Source: a virus
DNA length: 64,000 nucleotides
IMG/VR virus record: IMGVR_UViG_3300026521_000161
Location: 32,001-96,000 of that record
Direction: 5' to 3' (one strand)
Shown here: piece after piece, positions 8,854-18,756 of the stretch
Position numbering within the stretch: position 1 is the first letter of the stretch
Layout: each line of letters begins with the position of its first letter
Notes under the pieces: model-generated
What the model saw: only the letters and a program-made list of their open reading frames with translations
Told to the model about the DNA's origin: nothing
Database searches by the model: none
Translations under genes and position numbers: made by a program

Positions 8854-11678
8854 TGTCTATAAGTAATGAAGATATAGAGGAACTTAAAAAGGCTATATTA
8901 GATCCAGCTAGTATGCAAGCTGCATCCATGAATAGACTCGAGAAAGCACTGAACGGTGAATTTGACATAGTTGATCCTAATAACCCTATGGCGTTCTTAA
9001 TGGAGAATACATCAGTATTAACGGCCACAATGATGCAGGGCATAGAAACAAACATGAGGCAGATGTATCCTGTATTAGCTAATGATAAAAGTGATCTATA
9101 TAACCATATTAACGATAGTGAAATAAATGATATCATAGCAACACCAAGTGAGGCTATATTTAGCATATTCCTATTGTTAACGGATATAGTAGAATACGGT
9201 AAAGAAGATGCTTATGGTTATAGTGTTAAGATACCTAAATATAGTTTTATAACTGTTAATGGATTAACATTCACATTACTGAATGATGTCAGTGTTAAAT
9301 ACTTTGCTAATGGTAGTGTGTATGCAGAAATTCTGTATGATGATCTAGACTTAGCTATTAATGTTAATAAAACAGTGGAGTCATCTATCGTAACTAATGC
9401 TGATGGTGTTAAGCATGTGTTATTAAGCCTACCTATTAAACAGGTTAAAAGATATGAGGTAAGAGAGACGTTGTTATATAAACAACCTTTTATAAAAGAT
9501 GTTATAGTAGAAGATTCATTCACATTTCTTAAAGCTACTTCTGTCTCAACAGCACTTAAAAGAGAGATAGAACTTGAGAAAACATTTAGTGAATTTGTTT
9601 ATAACCCTAATAAACCATCTATACTTATTAAACCTTTAGAAACTGCATTAAGGTTAGAAGTACCGAGTGTCTATCTTATAAATAACGATATAACATCATA
9701 TGTGGATCTAGAGATATATACAACTAGAGGCGATATAGTAGTCCCTTTATCAACTTACTCAGCTGATGAGTTCGAGATGACGTACAACATGAGTGCTGCT
9801 GAGATAGACAATAATATAAACAGTATATCAACATTCATATTAGCGACTACATACACATATGGCGGTAGGGCCGAAGTGACATTTGAAGAGCTAAAAGAGA
9901 AGGTAGTACAATACAGTACTGGTGATAATAAATTACCTATAACGATAGATGAGATAAAAGATAATGTTAAAAAGAATGGTTATGAATTCATGTTTGTCAC
10001 TGATACAGTTACAAAAAGAGAGTTTGCTATAGCTAAGTACTTAAATAACCTAGGTTATAATGTTTTGTCTAATGTAGATTTATTTATGGGTGAATTAGTT
10101 TTAGATTTAACAAAAGTTTATAGTAGTAAGATAGTAAATGTTGATGATTCAATAATCATAAATCCATTTCAGAGATTTAATTTAAAAGATGGTAAGTTAA
10201 TACCTTTAACGGATAGTGAGGAGGAGACTCTTCTTAATAATAGTAAAGTTGATCTAACATCCTATAATAAAGATATAGTTTTACTTAACCCATATCTTTA
10301 TATTTTAGATTATAAGAAATCACTCTCTACTAGAATATACGATATAAACCAACCAACTATTAATGATGTTAAAACTATCTTTAATAATGGACCTGTTTCT
10401 CCTGTAGAATTTGAAGATAGGGTTATAAAAAGAAAGAAGTTTGGTTTTGAATTTTATTTCTATCTAACGGATGACAATAATCTAGATAAAGTACTTTTAG
10501 ATAAAACACTAGCACAGTTAGATATCACTGTTAGTAATGTTACAAGGTTATCTTATAAAGGTGAAGTTATACTAGATGAATATATTGGTGTGTATATCTA
10601 TTTCGATATAGATTTAGAAGGCCACATAAGTGAAGATGATAAGATGCTATTTATAAACGCTGATAGTGACGTAAATAGTGCTTATGTGGATATAGAGTCA
10701 GACATGACATTATATATCTATAGTACAGATGAAGATGTTTCTGGTGTTGAAACCTATGATGTCGCTAGTATAGTGGACGAGGACGCAAAAGCCATATTAT
10801 ATATAGAAGAATTCACAACATCTTTAGCTATGAACTTAGATAGCATCTATAGAAACTATAATGTTAAATTCTCGGATAGAAAGTTTAAAACATATGAAGA
10901 AGATGTTTACTTAACGTATAAAACAGATATTTATGAAATAGATGAAGATGGTACTGTTTTATTAAAGTATGATGAAAGTACAGGTGAAGATGAATTAGTT
11001 ATTAAGTATAATGCAGGAGATACAGTACTTGATGAGAATGATGAGCCAGTTATATTACATAGAGCTGGTGATATAATGTTAGACGAAAATGATGAACCTA
11101 TTATAGATTTCGTTGGAGGATTAGAACACATTATAGACCTTATGTTATTCGAAGATGGTTTTACAAAATCTACTAATACAGACTATATAGATTATACATT
11201 AACATACTTACAACAATTAACATCTGTTGTTACTGATGAAATACCATTATTGGAAGAAGGTCTTATAGAAAACACTAAGTTTAAGTTAACGGCTTTAAAT
11301 ACTATAAAACCTGTTAGTATTTTAATAGGTGGCGAATGGGTTACATACAGTAACTTTATATACCCTACTATAACGATAAACGTATTACGCGGTGAAGAAA
11401 TCTTAGTAGATGATGTTTTAGAAGCAAAGATAACTATGGTGTTACAGGAATTATTATCCACTAATGTTGTTTTAAATACGATAGAGGAAGTGTTAAAAAA
11501 TATCATAGGAGAGAATGTTATATCTGTAAGAATATCTGACATAGTAGATACAGAGATAAGTAGTATAGAATATAAAGAAGATAGTGGTAGATTCATTCTT
11601 ACTAAAGAACTTACTAAAAATATAAATGGTGAGTCTATAGTTAAATCTAAAATAAAAATAAATGTTATAGCTATATAG
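8853..11678 (+). CDS. Baseplate wedge-type virion protein (phiKZ gp87-like)
   Basis: 941 aa, translationally coupled to the upstream gene (TAATG). Contains 'DPNNPMAFLME', 'YPVLA..SDLYNH' and 'GGR..VTFEELK' motifs. Confidence 0.65.
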   Translation: MSISNEDIEELKKAILDPASMQAASMNRLEKALNGEFDIVDPNNPMAFLMENTSVLTATMMQGIETNMRQMYPVLANDKSDLYNHINDSEINDIIATPSEAIFSIFLLLTDIVEYGKEDAYGYSVKIPKYSFITVNGLTFTLLNDVSVKYFANGSVYAEILYDDLDLAINVNKTVESSIVTNADGVKHVLLSLPIKQVKRYEVRETLLYKQPFIKDVIVEDSFTFLKATSVSTALKREIELEKTFSEFVYNPNKPSILIKPLETALRLEVPSVYLINNDITSYVDLEIYTTRGDIVVPLSTYSADEFEMTYNMSAAEIDNNINSISTFILATTYTYGGRAEVTFEELKEKVVQYSTGDNKLPITIDEIKDNVKKNGYEFMFVTDTVTKREFAIAKYLNNLGYNVLSNVDLFMGELVLDLTKVYSSKIVNVDDSIIINPFQRFNLKDGKLIPLTDSEEETLLNNSKVDLTSYNKDIVLLNPYLYILDYKKSLSTRIYDINQPTINDVKTIFNNGPVSPVEFEDRVIKRKKFGFEFYFYLTDDNNLDKVLLDKTLAQLDITVSNVTRLSYKGEVILDEYIGVYIYFDIDLEGHISEDDKMLFINADSDVNSAYVDIESDMTLYIYSTDEDVSGVETYDVASIVDEDAKAILYIEEFTTSLAMNLDSIYRNYNVKFSDRKFKTYEEDVYLTYKTDIYEIDEDGTVLLKYDESTGEDELVIKYNAGDTVLDENDEPVILHRAGDIMLDENDEPIIDFVGGLEHIIDLMLFEDGFTKSTNTDYIDYTLTYLQQLTSVVTDEIPLLEEGLIENTKFKLTALNTIKPVSILIGGEWVTYSNFIYPTITINVLRGEEILVDDVLEAKITMVLQELLSTNVVLNTIEEVLKNIIGENVISVRISDIVDTEISSIEYKEDSGRFILTKELTKNINGESIVKSKIKINVIAI

Positions 11679-11700
11679 GACCTATGGTCCTATATAGCTA
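11668..11700. terminator. Bidirectional hairpin between convergent genes
   Basis: TAGCTATATAGGACC-TAT-GGTCCTATATAGCTA, 15-bp stem. Confidence 0.65.
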
Positions 11701-12159
11701 GTATACTCTTTTATAAAAACTAGTTAATAGAGATTTATTTTCATCAATAAGTTTAATAATCTCGATAGGTAGTTGTCTACCAAATAAAATCCTCTCCATC
11801 ATACCTCTATTATTAAATAGGTGCATGAATTTAGAATACATAAGAGATCTGAATAATGATTCAAATAACCCATATTCAACTGTTATCTTTTCGTTTAACT
11901 CTTTAACTAAAGCTTTAGCTAAGATAGAAATAACAATTTTAAATTTATTACTATCTCTAAAATCATCTCTACCATAATCAACATCAGCTTTATCTACTAA
12001 ATAAGTAGCAATAACTAACGTCATTAATTTACGTTGGTCTTCTGTAACCACATCTATGTTAGGGAACGCTCTAACTAATTTAGCAAGAACATCATCTAGC
12101 AACTCTACTGACTCAGCCATATTATCTGGCTCCATATTTACACCGTTTATTAAAATCAC
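11698..12159 (-). CDS. Hypothetical protein
   Basis: 153-aa ORF overlapping the stop of the upstream gene. Confidence 0.55.
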   Translation of the reverse strand: MILINGVNMEPDNMAESVELLDDVLAKLVRAFPNIDVVTEDQRKLMTLVIATYLVDKADVDYGRDDFRDSNKFKIVISILAKALVKELNEKITVEYGLFESLFRSLMYSKFMHLFNNRGMMERILFGRQLPIEIIKLIDENKSLLTSFYKRVY

Positions 12160-13616
12160 GACAATTCCTTTAATTTAAATTTCTCTTGCATTATGTAAAG
12201 TTCATTTTCTTGCAAGTTTTCTGTAAGAAAATTTATATCATCTATTTTGTTATAGTCTAAATCTCTACTAGGTTCTAACATACTATCGACGACACTTATC
12301 TTCTCTTCTGTTTGTTTAACTAGATCTTTGACAAGATCTAATTGCCTCATTATATTATCTTTACCTATCTCACCAGCATCTGTTTTTCTTAACTCTCTTA
12401 TAAGTTCTAATTTTATCTGTTTTAATCTTCTCTGTATATTATCTTTTTTAACCATAGTACCTGGGTCGTTAAGTACTAATCTACTAAATACATCACTTAT
12501 AAATTTAGATAACATAGCGAAGAAGTAAGAGATTAACCTTACAGTAATATATGTTAAAAATATCATTAACCCTAAAACACTAAATAGTACAGTAACCACA
12601 ACAGCAGCTAATAAAGAAAATACGGTTAAGAACGTTCCTTTATTATTTGCATCATATACTCTTCCATCTTTAGAAACACCTATATCTCTATCACCTACTT
12701 TAACTATCATAGAAGCTAATAAATCACCTATACCAAATCTAGTAGCAAATTGATCAGATAGCCTTTCATAATCTAATACTATAGTTGTATTTGTTTTACT
12801 TACTCTATAAGTTTTTAATATAAAACTATCTAATGTTTCTAATGTTTTAACAGGAGTAGAGAAGTCTGTTTTAACGTCTATAGTTGTTTTATCTATCGCT
12901 ATCTTAATAGCATCTATAGGTTCTTTAGAACCGCTAAAACGCTCCTTTAAAAAAACATCAGCTAAAGTTTTCGTTGCGTTAGTAGTTGATGTCATGTATT
13001 CTAATCTAGTAAAAATAACACCCACCTGTTTTAATAATAACGCAGCTACTTCATCTGGCTCTAACCCAGCCATTTTAGCAGATAAAAAATTTATGTTAAT
13101 AACAAACTTTGATCCCTCTAAACCATTTATCCTAGCATTTTCTAAATCAATAGTTATACCATCATTATCTAGCGCGTTCTTGATATCGTTAAGTATCTTA
13201 TATAACTTCTCTTCTCTACTATTTTTAATAACTTTATTTAAGATATCTTTACTTTTAGGAAATAAATCAGACATACTATTCATAGCTACATTAAGTAACT
13301 TATAATTTAAAGAGGGCATGATTACCCTAGATAGATCATCTAACTCTCTACGCGTGTTCTCTACAATAATACCAACACCAAATCTTTTAGATAGAATATC
13401 ACTTATATTATCTAGGTTCTTTTTATACATACTATCTTTAACGATTCGTTTATATTTATCATATACTTTCATATGCCTATTTCTATCTAAATCCATCATA
13501 GTTACATTATCCATTCTTAGATTATAGATGTTAAATATATTATTAACCTCTCTAGTTAGCCTAATAACTAGTTCTAAATCTCGCTGTGTTTCTATTACTT
13601 CATTACCTACTAACAT
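12156..13616 (-). CDS. Virion membrane-anchored zincin-like head protein with degenerate HExxH (phiKZ gp86-like position)
   Basis: VGNE site at the N-terminus. 'EVAALLLKQVG' and 'ERLSDQFATRFGIG' align with the HExxH and E..AD.F..R/K.G.G motifs of 55651-59139. Long hydrophobic segment near residues 330-370. Confidence 0.6.
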   Translation of the reverse strand: MLVGNEVIETQRDLELVIRLTREVNNIFNIYNLRMDNVTMMDLDRNRHMKVYDKYKRIVKDSMYKKNLDNISDILSKRFGVGIIVENTRRELDDLSRVIMPSLNYKLLNVAMNSMSDLFPKSKDILNKVIKNSREEKLYKILNDIKNALDNDGITIDLENARINGLEGSKFVININFLSAKMAGLEPDEVAALLLKQVGVIFTRLEYMTSTTNATKTLADVFLKERFSGSKEPIDAIKIAIDKTTIDVKTDFSTPVKTLETLDSFILKTYRVSKTNTTIVLDYERLSDQFATRFGIGDLLASMIVKVGDRDIGVSKDGRVYDANNKGTFLTVFSLLAAVVVTVLFSVLGLMIFLTYITVRLISYFFAMLSKFISDVFSRLVLNDPGTMVKKDNIQRRLKQIKLELIRELRKTDAGEIGKDNIMRQLDLVKDLVKQTEEKISVVDSMLEPSRDLDYNKIDDINFLTENLQENELYIMQEKFKLKELS

Positions 13617-13680
13617 AGTATTCCTTATCCTTTAAATTCAAAATAACTAACTTGTAATGATAATAATAAAGGAGTCTATC

Positions 13681-14055
13681 ATGGCTAAAGTCTTTCTTAA
13701 AGATTTTTTTATAAAGAATACAGCTAGCGAAATAGTTGCAGTTAGTTGGCAGATATCAACTTCTAGAACATTTGGTGTCATAAATAATGAATCTATATTT
13801 GATACAGAAAACATACTATCTTGGGACGTTGTTGTTAGGCATTATGCAACTGGTGAAAAATTAAACATTGATAATATAGACTTATATGCTAGAGTTAAAA
13901 TATATACTAGAGATATGGGTAAGATACATGAAAGTGATTGGTATGCGGCTAAACTAATAGACCCAACAAATGGTGAATCTGATTTAACTTATGATGGTAA
14001 TATTATAGGCAGAATAAAAAAACATGAAGATGGAACATATACACCTCTCTACTAA
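13681..14055 (+). CDS. Small virion-type protein, similar to the N-terminal domain of 41173-42996
   Basis: ATG 13681 follows AAGGAG. 'SWQISTSRTF...ES..D.ENILSW' resembles 'TWVLARDEKF...E...SEEALLTW'. Confidence 0.55.
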   Translation: MAKVFLKDFFIKNTASEIVAVSWQISTSRTFGVINNESIFDTENILSWDVVVRHYATGEKLNIDNIDLYARVKIYTRDMGKIHESDWYAAKLIDPTNGESDLTYDGNIIGRIKKHEDGTYTPLY

Positions 14056-14067
14056 GAGAGGTGTATA
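14038..14067. terminator. Hairpin between convergent genes
   Basis: TATACACCTCTCT-ACTA-AGAGAGGTGTATA. Confidence 0.6.
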
Positions 14068-14068
14068 G

Positions 14069-14617
14069 TTAAATAATTTCATTTGTTATAAACGTTTCTA
14101 TATCAAACTTTAATGTATCTATAGATCCTTCCTCATTTTTAAAAACATAATCGAACTCCTTATCTTTTAATAAAGGCTCTGTACATTTCTCTAAGTTAGA
14201 ATCTATTTTTATAAAATATATATCTCTTGTTTTATCTTGTTTAAAGGTCTCATATTCGTTTATAAATCTTAAATCAGAAATAATAGCGTAATCACATTCG
14301 CTATTTAAAATATCGCCATATGCTGCTCTAACATAATAATTCTCATTTGTTAGATCTTTAACCCTTCTAGAATACTCTACAAGGAACTCTCTTGTTTCTA
14401 TAGTACGTTTACCTATAGTTATATATTGTTTCTCATTCTTCATGATATCTAGCTCTTCTAGCGTTACGCCTAGAAAACTACTAACATCTTCTTTTATAGG
14501 TTTAGCAAAACTAGTAACATAGACAGTCTTACCAAAAGACTCTATCCTCTCCTTGAGTAGTTCGGCTGTAGTATCTTTACCACACCTATCACCACTATGT
14601 ATTAAAATAATCTTCAT
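14069..14617 (-). CDS. Deoxynucleoside monophosphate kinase
   Basis: P-loop 'SGDRCGKDT', plus 'SFAKPIKE' and 'IISDLRFINE', as in T4 gp1-like dNMP kinases. Confidence 0.85.
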   Translation of the reverse strand: MKIILIHSGDRCGKDTTAELLKERIESFGKTVYVTSFAKPIKEDVSSFLGVTLEELDIMKNEKQYITIGKRTIETREFLVEYSRRVKDLTNENYYVRAAYGDILNSECDYAIISDLRFINEYETFKQDKTRDIYFIKIDSNLEKCTEPLLKDKEFDYVFKNEEGSIDTLKFDIETFITNEII

Positions 14618-14625
14618 TTATACTC

Positions 14626-16758
14626 CTAAGTTAGCATTTCTGTTAAAGTCATACCATCTTTCACGTAGAAACCTAATGACTCTAAAACAATGTATAATAC
14701 TTTACAGTTATCTAAAATAACTCTCTTTCTATCAATGATCGGTAGGATCTCTTTTGGTATACCACTATTATAAATTAAAATTAGTGGTAGTCTAAACGTT
14801 TTAATATCGTCTTTCTTTTTATCATTTAAAAAAGTTCTAAACCTATCAGCAAAATCTTGGTTATCTAAACTATCTAAAAACTCATTCATAGTGTTCTTAT
14901 TAGTTATCACAGTAGGGAATTTGATAGCCATATAGGTAGGGTCTGGTGCTTTACCATAGTCTTCCTCGAACACCTCTTGCCATAACATATGGTGCATATA
15001 TGGAGATTTATCTGGTTCTAGTTTATAAGACTTAGCTTCTTTTATCTTTTCTAGTTTAAGTACGTCAGGAGACCCCTCGCTAAGTTTACTATCAATGAGT
15101 GCTTCTGCTTCCATAACCATTCTTTGGTACTCTTCTAACTTTATCTTTTCACCATTATAGATGGTCTCCATGGATTCTATCATTAACTTTTCAGCCAAAT
15201 CACGAATAGGCTGATATGCATTAGGTGCTATGAGGTGTACGCCTTTCTTTTCTAAAGTTTTCTTTTTATCTAAATTAAAGATATTACCTTCCTGGATGAA
15301 TATATCTGCGAAATAATGCTTACTAACATTAGTATTAACAAACACTTTCCAAAAAAACTCATTCTTCATTTCCATAACATTAGTATCTTTATACTTAATG
15401 TTCATATTCGTGCCAAATAATTTTATATAGTGATCAACAGCTTGTGTCATGATTGTCATAACAGCAGCAGTAACACCAATAGATTTAGCTGAATAATTGG
15501 GTCCATTAAAATACCAATGAACCCATTCACTATATGTAGCACACGTACTATCTGTATCAGATAACACGATTGTTTCCCTAACTAAATTCTTAACTGTGCC
15601 TATACTGACAGGGAATACATTAGTGATAATGAATGTTTTAAATAAGTTACCATAATAAGAAAACTTCTCTGTTAGATTTATAGCTATAGAAACGATATGT
15701 TGTTTATCTGCTAAAGTAAAATCATCTTTCTTCCTACCTTTAAGTCTTTCTGATAAAATATGCATAACGAAGTTATATATCCACTCATTGATATCTTTCA
15801 TAGCTTCGTTAATATCTTCTTCTGGAGCGTCTATAACAGTATACTCTATCATATCTGTTATAATAGTCCTAACAAGATCCTCATTATACTTTCTAAGGTG
15901 GAACATATCATTATGGTATGTTATATAAGCTCTTGTCTCTACATCTAACTTTTTAAGATAATTATAGATAACCATCTCTTTAACTGTATCTCTCCAGTAT
16001 TTTCTACTTGATTTAAGAATAGCATCCATAGCGTCTTGTGCTGTCGGTAAATGTAAATTATAATACTTTATGACTTCACGTATCTTATCTCTATTAACAT
16101 CTTTAGCCAGAGTAACTAAATGATTAAGTGTTACATCTGGACTTCTAAAATGTTTATTACCAGCAATAACTGATTCTGATAATGCGTTACCTATACCTGA
16201 TAAACATCTTGTTATAGACGTTAATGTATAATGTGCTGATGGGTTATTTAAAACTGTACCAGCTGAAGCATATGCCCCTGATAAACTATTGTTAAAAATC
16301 TTCATAGACTTCTGTAATGTGTTGTGGTAATTAAACATATCGAAGTTATTGTTCATCTTTTGTCTAAAAGCTTCTTTCTTGTGCTTAGAACGCTTTGTTG
16401 TATTTACTTCGATAAAGTTAGAGTGTAATGATTTCTTCTCGTCTGTATTAAAATATACAGTAAATGACGGAGCTACTATTTTATTATTAGCTGTCACATA
16501 GCTTATATAATTAGATAATGTGTCTACTTGTTTAGATCTATTACCATTTATATCTCTCTCGTAAAAATAAACTTTTGGGTTATTATACTGTTTTGTTTCT
16601 TTTATATATTCTTTAACTTTTTGTTTAGCTGTTTCTTCGTCCATATCACCCATAACAGATACGAATTGACCACTCATATCGAAATAATCTTTTATAGGGT
16701 TAAACGTTATACCATATTCATTTTCTGGGTGTTTAAATATATTACTTACATCTTTCAT
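14626..16758 (-). CDS. Divergent family-B DNA polymerase, catalytic part (phiKZ gp82-like)
   Basis: Motif B 'QKSMKIFNNSLSGAY', motif C 'LSDTDS', and 'MKNEF', 'SKHYF', 'KGVHL' motifs. Confidence 0.85.
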   Translation of the reverse strand: MKDVSNIFKHPENEYGITFNPIKDYFDMSGQFVSVMGDMDEETAKQKVKEYIKETKQYNNPKVYFYERDINGNRSKQVDTLSNYISYVTANNKIVAPSFTVYFNTDEKKSLHSNFIEVNTTKRSKHKKEAFRQKMNNNFDMFNYHNTLQKSMKIFNNSLSGAYASAGTVLNNPSAHYTLTSITRCLSGIGNALSESVIAGNKHFRSPDVTLNHLVTLAKDVNRDKIREVIKYYNLHLPTAQDAMDAILKSSRKYWRDTVKEMVIYNYLKKLDVETRAYITYHNDMFHLRKYNEDLVRTIITDMIEYTVIDAPEEDINEAMKDINEWIYNFVMHILSERLKGRKKDDFTLADKQHIVSIAINLTEKFSYYGNLFKTFIITNVFPVSIGTVKNLVRETIVLSDTDSTCATYSEWVHWYFNGPNYSAKSIGVTAAVMTIMTQAVDHYIKLFGTNMNIKYKDTNVMEMKNEFFWKVFVNTNVSKHYFADIFIQEGNIFNLDKKKTLEKKGVHLIAPNAYQPIRDLAEKLMIESMETIYNGEKIKLEEYQRMVMEAEALIDSKLSEGSPDVLKLEKIKEAKSYKLEPDKSPYMHHMLWQEVFEEDYGKAPDPTYMAIKFPTVITNKNTMNEFLDSLDNQDFADRFRTFLNDKKKDDIKTFRLPLILIYNSGIPKEILPIIDRKRVILDNCKVLYIVLESLGFYVKDGMTLTEMLT

Positions 16759-16808
16759 ATCACATCCTTTTTTATCATGTAAGTCATGATCTGTAAAAAA
16801 GAAAAAAC

Positions 16809-16834
16809 AGATAAGTAGCCTAGGCTACTTATCT
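16809..16834 (-). terminator. Intrinsic terminator after the thyX-like gene
   Basis: Perfect 26-nt palindrome followed by a U-run on the minus strand. Confidence 0.65.
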
Positions 16835-17847
16835 AATAAAACCTTTTTAATAGCAACAGCTGTCTCTCTTGTTGTATCTTGTACCCATGAAGAATATAAT
16901 TCTGGATATGCTTCTCTCTCTAGTAGGAAATGACTCCATGCTTTTGGATCATTCATATACCCGCCTATGATCCATCTTTTATACATAAGGTGGTTAGGCC
17001 ATCTATCATAGATCTCTTTATGATATCCAGCTATTTTAAGGATATTTTGCACTTTACCAATAGGTAGTTCTAAAAAAATATCTACTAGTTCATCTATACT
17101 AGATGCATCTAGTATACGCTTACTGTATTTACACTCATCACATCCGATGCAATCTAAGTCCATATCTTCTATGTGTTTATACGTTAACGTCTTTTTAACT
17201 TTACTAAGGACATCCTCTGGTAACCAATATTCATCTTCTTCAACTACTCTAGCTGATAAGGCTATTTGACTTAGTCTACCATGAGTTCTAATTTGTCCGA
17301 AAACAAAATATGGAGCTTTAACTTCTATAGCCTTATAATTAGTGACATGACTAAACGGTATATCATCATGTTTGATACCGGCTGCCATAAGTGCACGTAT
17401 ATTTGTATAAAGCTTACCATTCTCTATAAAGCTAAACGGGGCTATATAATTCATGAACTCTTCATTTTCCAACGTGGCTACATGTGATTTAAGAGATATC
17501 TGATGTAGTACTTTAACTTCATATACATCATTAACAGTTGTAGTATGATAATCGAGTATAACTGGAGCAAACTCTAATGGTCTTCCAGGCACTTTTCCAA
17601 TTTCACTGTTACTTACATCGAGTTCTTTAAAACTTAAATCAGGAGCAGCTTCCTTTAATAACTTATCGTAACGTTTATATTTACTATTCGACTTATCCTT
17701 ACCTCTACTTATAGCAGCAATACTAGTAACAAAGTTAACTCTACTATCTAAATCAGTATTTAACGGTACATCGACATCACCAAAGATTTGGTAATTGATG
17801 TCTTTAACATAACAGCCGTTAGAAAACTCTGTGAATGTAACTTTCAT
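16825..17847 (-). CDS. thyX: Divergent ThyX-like flavin-dependent thymidylate synthase
   Basis: 'VKAPYFVFGQIRTHGRLSQIALSAR' aligns to the ThyX signature Q..RHR.{7}S.R; C-terminal 'W.HFL..R......Q..TRE.A.AI'. Confidence 0.65.
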   Translation of the reverse strand: MKVTFTEFSNGCYVKDINYQIFGDVDVPLNTDLDSRVNFVTSIAAISRGKDKSNSKYKRYDKLLKEAAPDLSFKELDVSNSEIGKVPGRPLEFAPVILDYHTTTVNDVYEVKVLHQISLKSHVATLENEEFMNYIAPFSFIENGKLYTNIRALMAAGIKHDDIPFSHVTNYKAIEVKAPYFVFGQIRTHGRLSQIALSARVVEEDEYWLPEDVLSKVKKTLTYKHIEDMDLDCIGCDECKYSKRILDASSIDELVDIFLELPIGKVQNILKIAGYHKEIYDRWPNHLMYKRWIIGGYMNDPKAWSHFLLEREAYPELYSSWVQDTTRETAVAIKKVLLDK

Positions 17848-18380
17848 TATTTTAGCCCTTCTTCTAATGTTTCTCTCTCTTTATCTAGATCCCTGTTTAA
17901 AGCACCATCACTTGTAAACTTGTCCCCAAATCTAGCCTTTAGCTTGTTTATGTTAGTAACCATAACCTGCTCAGCACTACCATTATTTTTCTCAATAGCT
18001 GCTAGTACAAGATTATAAACTTTGTTAGCTTCTGTTTTAACATCCCCTATGTTTAACACTTTACCATAGAACATAGTCTTTTTAATCATGTCTAAACCAT
18101 CTAAAGATAAACGTAGTCCTCTTGTATCAATTCTATCTAGAGGAAAATCTACTTCATCCTTTAAAACCGCTAAAAACCACAACATGTCACCTAGTTCTTC
18201 TAGACCATTAATTCTGTCATATTTCTCCATAGCCAAATTGTACTCGTCTAACTCACCGGCTAAGCCTATAAACGCATGTGCTATCCTATCTGTTAAACCT
18301 AAATCAACAACATCTAAACTTAATGGTCTAAATTTACTTTCTGTTTTTAAAGCTAAATTAACATATTCTAAAAATACCAT
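17847..18380 (-). CDS. mazG: MazG-like nucleotide pyrophosphohydrolase
   Basis: Motifs 'GLAGELDE', 'EELGDMLWFLA' and 'NINKLKARFGDKF'. Confidence 0.85.
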   Translation of the reverse strand: MVFLEYVNLALKTESKFRPLSLDVVDLGLTDRIAHAFIGLAGELDEYNLAMEKYDRINGLEELGDMLWFLAVLKDEVDFPLDRIDTRGLRLSLDGLDMIKKTMFYGKVLNIGDVKTEANKVYNLVLAAIEKNNGSAEQVMVTNINKLKARFGDKFTSDGALNRDLDKERETLEEGLK

Positions 18381-18383
18381 AAA

Positions 18384-18533
18384 TCATACCTCACTTTTTT
18401 TAACATCACCTGTTAAAAAAAAATTATTTAGAGCCACACGTAACCATTCCTTATGCTCATCACTACCGTGTTTGATTTGGTCAAATAACGATTTTGCTTT
18501 ACTTAACGCTTCTTCTCTTTCTTTGTCAGTCAT
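18384..18533 (-). CDS. Small hypothetical protein (49 aa)
   Basis: Below the track cutoff. AGAAGGAG RBS; MTDKEREEALSKAKSLFDQIKHGSDEHKEWLRVALNNFFLTGDVKKSEV; stop lies 3 nt before the mazG start. Confidence 0.6.
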   Translation of the reverse strand: MTDKEREEALSKAKSLFDQIKHGSDEHKEWLRVALNNFFLTGDVKKSEV

Positions 18534-18585
18534 ATTTACTCCTTCTTTATATTTCAATCATTATTAGTTACATAAAAAAAGAATA

Positions 18586-18613
18586 GTAACTAGTGGTCAT
18601 GACCACTAGTTAC
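18586..18613 (-). terminator. Intrinsic terminator
   Basis: Perfect 28-nt palindrome GTAACTAGTGGTCATGACCACTAGTTAC plus a U-run. Confidence 0.65.
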
Positions 18614-18739
18614 CTAATTAAACATTTCGCATGCATTACATTCATAAAGCTCGGCTTCTTCTAAAATACTAAACTCCTCCTCTACGTCTTCTGGTAGGTC
18701 ATTAACTATTTGTTCTTGTTCTTTGTTATTATCTTCCAT
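18614..18739 (-). CDS. Small acidic protein with C-terminal CxxC (41 aa)
   Basis: MEDNNKEQEQIVNDLPEDVEEEFSILEEAELYECNACEMFN; fills the gap before a palindromic terminator; weak RBS. Confidence 0.35.
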   Translation of the reverse strand: MEDNNKEQEQIVNDLPEDVEEEFSILEEAELYECNACEMFN

Positions 18740-18756
18740 ATAGACAACCAATTACT

